Assembly: GCA_046583315.1 (NCBI GenBank)
Contig: JAYGCN010000173.1
Span: 1 to 11,630, forward strand
Source: Candidatus Hydrogenedentota bacterium
Lineage (GTDB): Bacteria; Hydrogenedentota; Hydrogenedentia; Hydrogenedentales; GCA-2746185
Length of the DNA stretch: 11,630 bases
Reading direction: 5' to 3'
How positions within the stretch are numbered: position 1 is the first letter of the stretch; each line of letters starts with the position of its first letter. The notes beneath the pieces were generated by a model. That model had not been told where the DNA came from. It searched no databases and saw nothing but the letters and a program-made list of their open reading frames with translations. This document shows, piece by piece, positions 8,650 to 11,630 of this stretch. Made by a program: the position numbers and the translations under genes.

Positions 8650-8661
8650 GAATGAAAGGTT

Positions 8662-8690
8662 ATCTTATCGCACTTCCGGAATCGAATCAA
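8662..8690 (-). promoter_or_regulatory. Putative sigma70 promoter of the 734-aa lipoprotein gene
   Basis: TTGATT (8690-8685), 17-nt spacer, TAAGAT (8667-8662) within the 56-bp gap. Confidence 0.5.
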
Positions 8691-8705
8691 ATCAGAGCCC
8701 TGCGG

Positions 8706-10220
8706 TTAGTCTACGTATCCAAGGGATTTCAGGATCTCCAATTCCTCCAAAGAAAGGTTGGGTTCTTCGGGCAGTGGCGTTCCGTTTTGTCGGGCGATGT
8801 AGCCTCGGGCCAGCCCCAGCAGTGTTGTATCATTTTCGTTCGGGCCGAACACGTTTTCTTTTTCAAAGGGGTCGGCGGCGAGATCGTATTGTTCCGGTGT
8901 TCGGATTGGTGACGCTTCGGTCGTATTCAGACTCAGAATGAGTTTTTGAGTCTTGTCGAAAACGGCAATCTGCCAGCGGGATTGTGAGTAGCGAAATTCC
9001 TTCTGGTACCCCTCATGGCCTCGCAGTAGCGGTATCAGGGATTGTCCGTCGCGTTCGATGGGATCGTCTAATTCAAAGAGTTCGGTAAGCGTGGGTAGCA
9101 GGTCGACAAGCTCAACGGATTCTTCGACACGACGAGGATCGATGTTCATGTGCGTCGGTGGGATTACGATGAAGGGCACGTGGTTCAGTTCACGGTAGGG
9201 TGTTCCGCCGTGATTGGAATTGTTGTGTTCCCCGAATGCTTCGCCGTGGTCGGACATGATGATGACGAGTGTGTTGTCGAGTTGGCCTTCTTCTTGGAGG
9301 GATTTCAGGAGTGAATCGACGAGATGGTCGGTATACAGAATGTTGGACAGATACGTATCGTGCATTAACCGGAGTTGTTCGGGGTCGCTGACGTCGCGTT
9401 GCATGTAGTTGTCGACCCAGAACTTGTTTTCGAGTTCGATGAGATAGTCTTGCGGTTCTTGATCGCCGGGCACTACGGAGGTATCGGTAAATTTGTTGAG
9501 CCAGGGTTCTTCAGGGGGGTAGGGGTTGTGCGGGCGCAGCGTATGCAGGTAGGCGAACCAGGGTTCGGACTCGTCGTTGACAACCCAGTCGCGGAGCTGC
9601 GTGGTCAACAGTTCGGATATTTCGTTCCGTGGGCGTTCAAAGTCTTCGGGATCGGGTGAGGACTCTTGTGCGTTCTTCAGGAGTAGAACGGATTTATCGT
9701 ATTTGTAGTATTCGAAGTGGGTAAACCCTCTATCCATTCTGAGCGAACGGTTAATGAAGGGGTTGTCTGAGAATCCACCGCATCGGTATCCGGCAGCATT
9801 GAACAGGGAGGCGAGCGGCACATCTTGCGGGCGATTTGCTGCAAACTTTTCGATCCGGTATGGGTATTGTCCGTTGAGGTAGGACCAGGTTGAGCCGCTG
9901 GTGGAGGTGTACTGGCTGACCATGTCTTCGAAGACAACACCCTTTTCGGCCCACTGGTCGATGTGCGGCGTGGTCTTTTCGGGGTAGCCGTAGAGCGAAC
10001 TCTTGGTCGCGTGAAAGGCATCAAGCACGATGACAAGACAGTTCATCGGCGCATCGGGTTTAGCGGCGTTGGGCCTGAGGTCTTCAGAGGACCGATTGGT
10101 GTCGGTGGATGGTTGCACGCACGCACCCAGCATCAGTATCAGCAGCATGTAGAATGAGCGACTGCTGAGTGATGGAATTCGTTGAGCCTGTTTTGGTCGG
10201 AGGTAGGTGATGCAGTTCAT
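8706..10220 (-). CDS. Sulfatase-like alkaline-phosphatase-superfamily lipoprotein (~504 aa)
   Basis: Lipobox LGAC (10130-10119); motifs VIVLDAFH, TTPHID, TSGSTWSYLNG, HTLRPHNPY, SDHGEAFGEH, DLLPTL, YDLAADPFE; tail LKSLGYVD. The ORF-track TTG start at 10319 lies upstream of the predicted promoter; ATG 10232, 10229 or 10220 is more likely and the exact start is uncertain. Confidence 0.88.
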   Translation of the reverse strand: MNCITYLRPKQAQRIPSLSSRSFYMLLILMLGACVQPSTDTNRSSEDLRPNAAKPDAPMNCLVIVLDAFHATKSSLYGYPEKTTPHIDQWAEKGVVFEDMVSQYTSTSGSTWSYLNGQYPYRIEKFAANRPQDVPLASLFNAAGYRCGGFSDNPFINRSLRMDRGFTHFEYYKYDKSVLLLKNAQESSPDPEDFERPRNEISELLTTQLRDWVVNDESEPWFAYLHTLRPHNPYPPEEPWLNKFTDTSVVPGDQEPQDYLIELENKFWVDNYMQRDVSDPEQLRLMHDTYLSNILYTDHLVDSLLKSLQEEGQLDNTLVIIMSDHGEAFGEHNNSNHGGTPYRELNHVPFIVIPPTHMNIDPRRVEESVELVDLLPTLTELFELDDPIERDGQSLIPLLRGHEGYQKEFRYSQSRWQIAVFDKTQKLILSLNTTEASPIRTPEQYDLAADPFEKENVFGPNENDTTLLGLARGYIARQNGTPLPEEPNLSLEELEILKSLGYVD

Positions 10221-10255
10221 GGCAGTCATCATTTGAAGGCAAAAGAGTGTGATGA

Positions 10256-10284
10256 ATTTTATCATCTGGCCTTGTGATTGTCCA
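10256..10284 (-). promoter_or_regulatory. Putative leftward sigma70 promoter
   Basis: TGGACA (10284-10279), 17-nt spacer, TAAAAT (10261-10256) with an extended TGn; one mismatch in each hexamer. Confidence 0.6.
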
Positions 10285-10291
10285 ATGCGGT

Positions 10292-10320
10292 TTGATCGGG
10301 TTGAGGGCGGTGCGTACAAT
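10292..10320 (+). promoter_or_regulatory. Putative rightward sigma70 promoter
   Basis: TTGATC (10292-10297), 17-nt spacer, TACAAT (10315-10320), 60 nt upstream of ATG 10381. Confidence 0.6.
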
Positions 10321-10328
10321 TGCGCAAG

Positions 10329-10349
10329 GGTTTAGGGCTAAACCTAAAC
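10329..10349. promoter_or_regulatory. Inverted repeat, candidate operator or 5'-UTR hairpin
   Basis: GGTTTAG-GG-CTAAACC (10329-10344) is a perfect 7-bp inverted repeat; alternatively GTTTAGG (10330-10336) pairs with CCTAAAC (10343-10349). CTAAAC is tandemly duplicated. Confidence 0.45.
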
Positions 10350-10380
10350 GGTAACCATTTCGAGGCGAATCAAAGGTCCA

Positions 10381-11630
10381 ATGGAAAGCGAACAAACGAG
10401 ATTGCCGGGTTGGCGGTCGGAATGGGTTGTGTATGCCCTGGGCGCACTTGTGCTGGCGATTGTGGGTATGGCGACCTTTGGCGACGTGCTCTTGATGCAG
10501 GGGGATCGTGTGATCTCCTCACGTATCGGGGATGGCAGTCAATATTTTTCGCGGATGCGTGACTTTGGATTTTCGGAGGTCGCCAAGGGGAATATGCCGC
10601 TGTGGAACCCTCACATTTTTGCCGGTACACCCTTTGTCGGGAATTTTCAGTCTGCGATGTTCTACCCGTTGAACGTGATGTATATCTGGATGCCGTTGCC
10701 TGCGGCGATGAACCTGGATATTTCCCTTCACGTATTCTTGACGAGTTTTTTTATGTTCTGTTGGGCGCGATCGCGTCAGTTGCGCCCGATTGCGTGTCTG
10801 CTGGCCGGGTTGGTGCTGGCCTATGGTTCGGCGTATTTTCTGCGTGTGCTGGCGGGTCACGTGACGATGTTGGCGGCCTTGTCCTGGTCGCCATTACTAT
10901 TTTTGGCGGTGGACAAACTATTTAAACGGCCTTCGGCGGGCTGGACCTTGGTGGGTGTGTTGGCGACGACGATGATGGTGTTGGCAGGGCATCCGCAGTC
11001 GCTGTATATGACCGCGCTCGCGGTGGGCCTATACTGCCTTCTTAATCTGTGGCGTTCCGAGCAGCGCGGAAAGGTGATTGGATGCCTTGCCGTGATCGCC
11101 ATTCTGCCGATCTTCATGGGCGCGGTACAGTTGCTGACGGGGTTGCAGGTGAGTCAGGAGAGTATGCGGACGGGCGGTACCTCTTTTGATTTCGCGACGA
11201 CGTTTTCGTTTCATCCAGAGAATCTGTTGACGCTGCTTGCGCCGACGGTGTTTGGGGATTCGGTGCACCTGATGTATTGGGCGCGCTGGGCGTATTGGGA
11301 CTCGACGCTTTTTCTGGGAATTTCGGGTCTGGCGCTGGCGTTGCTTGGGGCAACCCAGGGGGATCGGGATCAGCGACGCTTTCTGGCGATTCTCGCGTTA
11401 CTCTTTGGCTGCATTGCGCTGGGTCGGTACACCCCGCTCTACCAATTGGTCTACAACGTGTTGCCCGGCGTGAGCAGCTTTCGTTCGCCATCAAAATTCA
11501 TGTTCCCCGCGACGCTGTTCGTGGCCATGCTTGCGGGTATCGGGTGGGACACGCTGTTGCGAGCGAAAAAACGTCCTACGGTTATTGCGGCCGGGTTGGC
11601 GGTGCTGGCCCTGTGCCTGGGCGTTGCGGG
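10381..11630 (+). CDS. Second YfhO-family membrane protein (putative GT-C), 5' part only, runs off the right edge; paralog of 498-2957
   Basis: Not in the ORF track. Manual translation from ATG 10381 stays open for 416 codons: MESEQTRLPGWRSEWVVYALGALVLAIVGMATFGDVLL...GDGSQYFSRMRDFGFSEVAKGNMPLWNPHIFAGTPFVGNFQSAMFYPLN...LAGHPQSLYMT...HLMYWARWAYWDST...FRSPSKFMFP. Colinear with the 819-aa protein. Confidence 0.92.
   Translation, partial: MESEQTRLPGWRSEWVVYALGALVLAIVGMATFGDVLLMQGDRVISSRIGDGSQYFSRMRDFGFSEVAKGNMPLWNPHIFAGTPFVGNFQSAMFYPLNVMYIWMPLPAAMNLDISLHVFLTSFFMFCWARSRQLRPIACLLAGLVLAYGSAYFLRVLAGHVTMLAALSWSPLLFLAVDKLFKRPSAGWTLVGVLATTMMVLAGHPQSLYMTALAVGLYCLLNLWRSEQRGKVIGCLAVIAILPIFMGAVQLLTGLQVSQESMRTGGTSFDFATTFSFHPENLLTLLAPTVFGDSVHLMYWARWAYWDSTLFLGISGLALALLGATQGDRDQRRFLAILALLFGCIALGRYTPLYQLVYNVLPGVSSFRSPSKFMFPATLFVAMLAGIGWDTLLRAKKRPTVIAAGLAVLALCLGVA

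Noticed and set aside
6141..9902. Annotation as arylsulfatase or choline sulfatase (betC/atsA)
   Set aside because: No (C/S)xPxR motif and no maturation enzyme in the window, so no gene symbol was assigned.
522..10157. Many plus-strand ORFs of 60-190 aa (e.g. 522-1028, 3325-3897, 8540-8941)
   Set aside because: Antisense shadows of well-supported minus-strand genes in fairly GC-rich DNA, with no recognisable motifs.
10221..10319. N-terminal extension of the 537-aa ORF from TTG 10319
   Set aside because: It overlaps both predicted promoters and would put the lipobox Cys at about residue 67, too far for a signal peptide; ATG 10232-10220 is more plausible.
10370..11494. Minus-strand ORFs at the right end
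   Set aside because: Antisense to the clear YfhO paralog starting at 10381.
1..11630. CRISPR arrays, tRNA/rRNA, IS elements, intrinsic terminators, taxonomic assignment
   Set aside because: No spaced direct repeats, RNA-gene signatures, transposase or integrase motifs, or hairpin-plus-U-tract were seen; the host taxon cannot be supported without a database search.

Overview
Bacterial cell-envelope modification locus with no RNA genes, CRISPR arrays or mobile elements recognisable. Seven minus-strand genes run from about 10220 to the left edge: three alkaline-phosphatase-superfamily ('sulfatase-like') genes (two intact predicted lipoproteins and one copy broken by four frameshifts), a class I SAM methyltransferase, a GT2 (DPM1/GtrB-like) glycosyltransferase fused to a GtrA-like domain, a YfhO-family GT-C membrane protein and a partial ArnT/PMT-like GT-C. 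A second YfhO paralog starts divergently at 10381 and runs off the right edge. Both edge genes are absent from the ORF track. All three sulfatase-like proteins have Thr where true sulfatases have the Cys/Ser of the formylglycine motif and lack the P and R of CxPxR, so they may be phospho-transferases or phosphodiesterases working with a lipid-carrier glycosylation pathway (inference). Five sigma70-like promoters were read by eye in the gaps, plus an operator-like palindrome in the divergent region.
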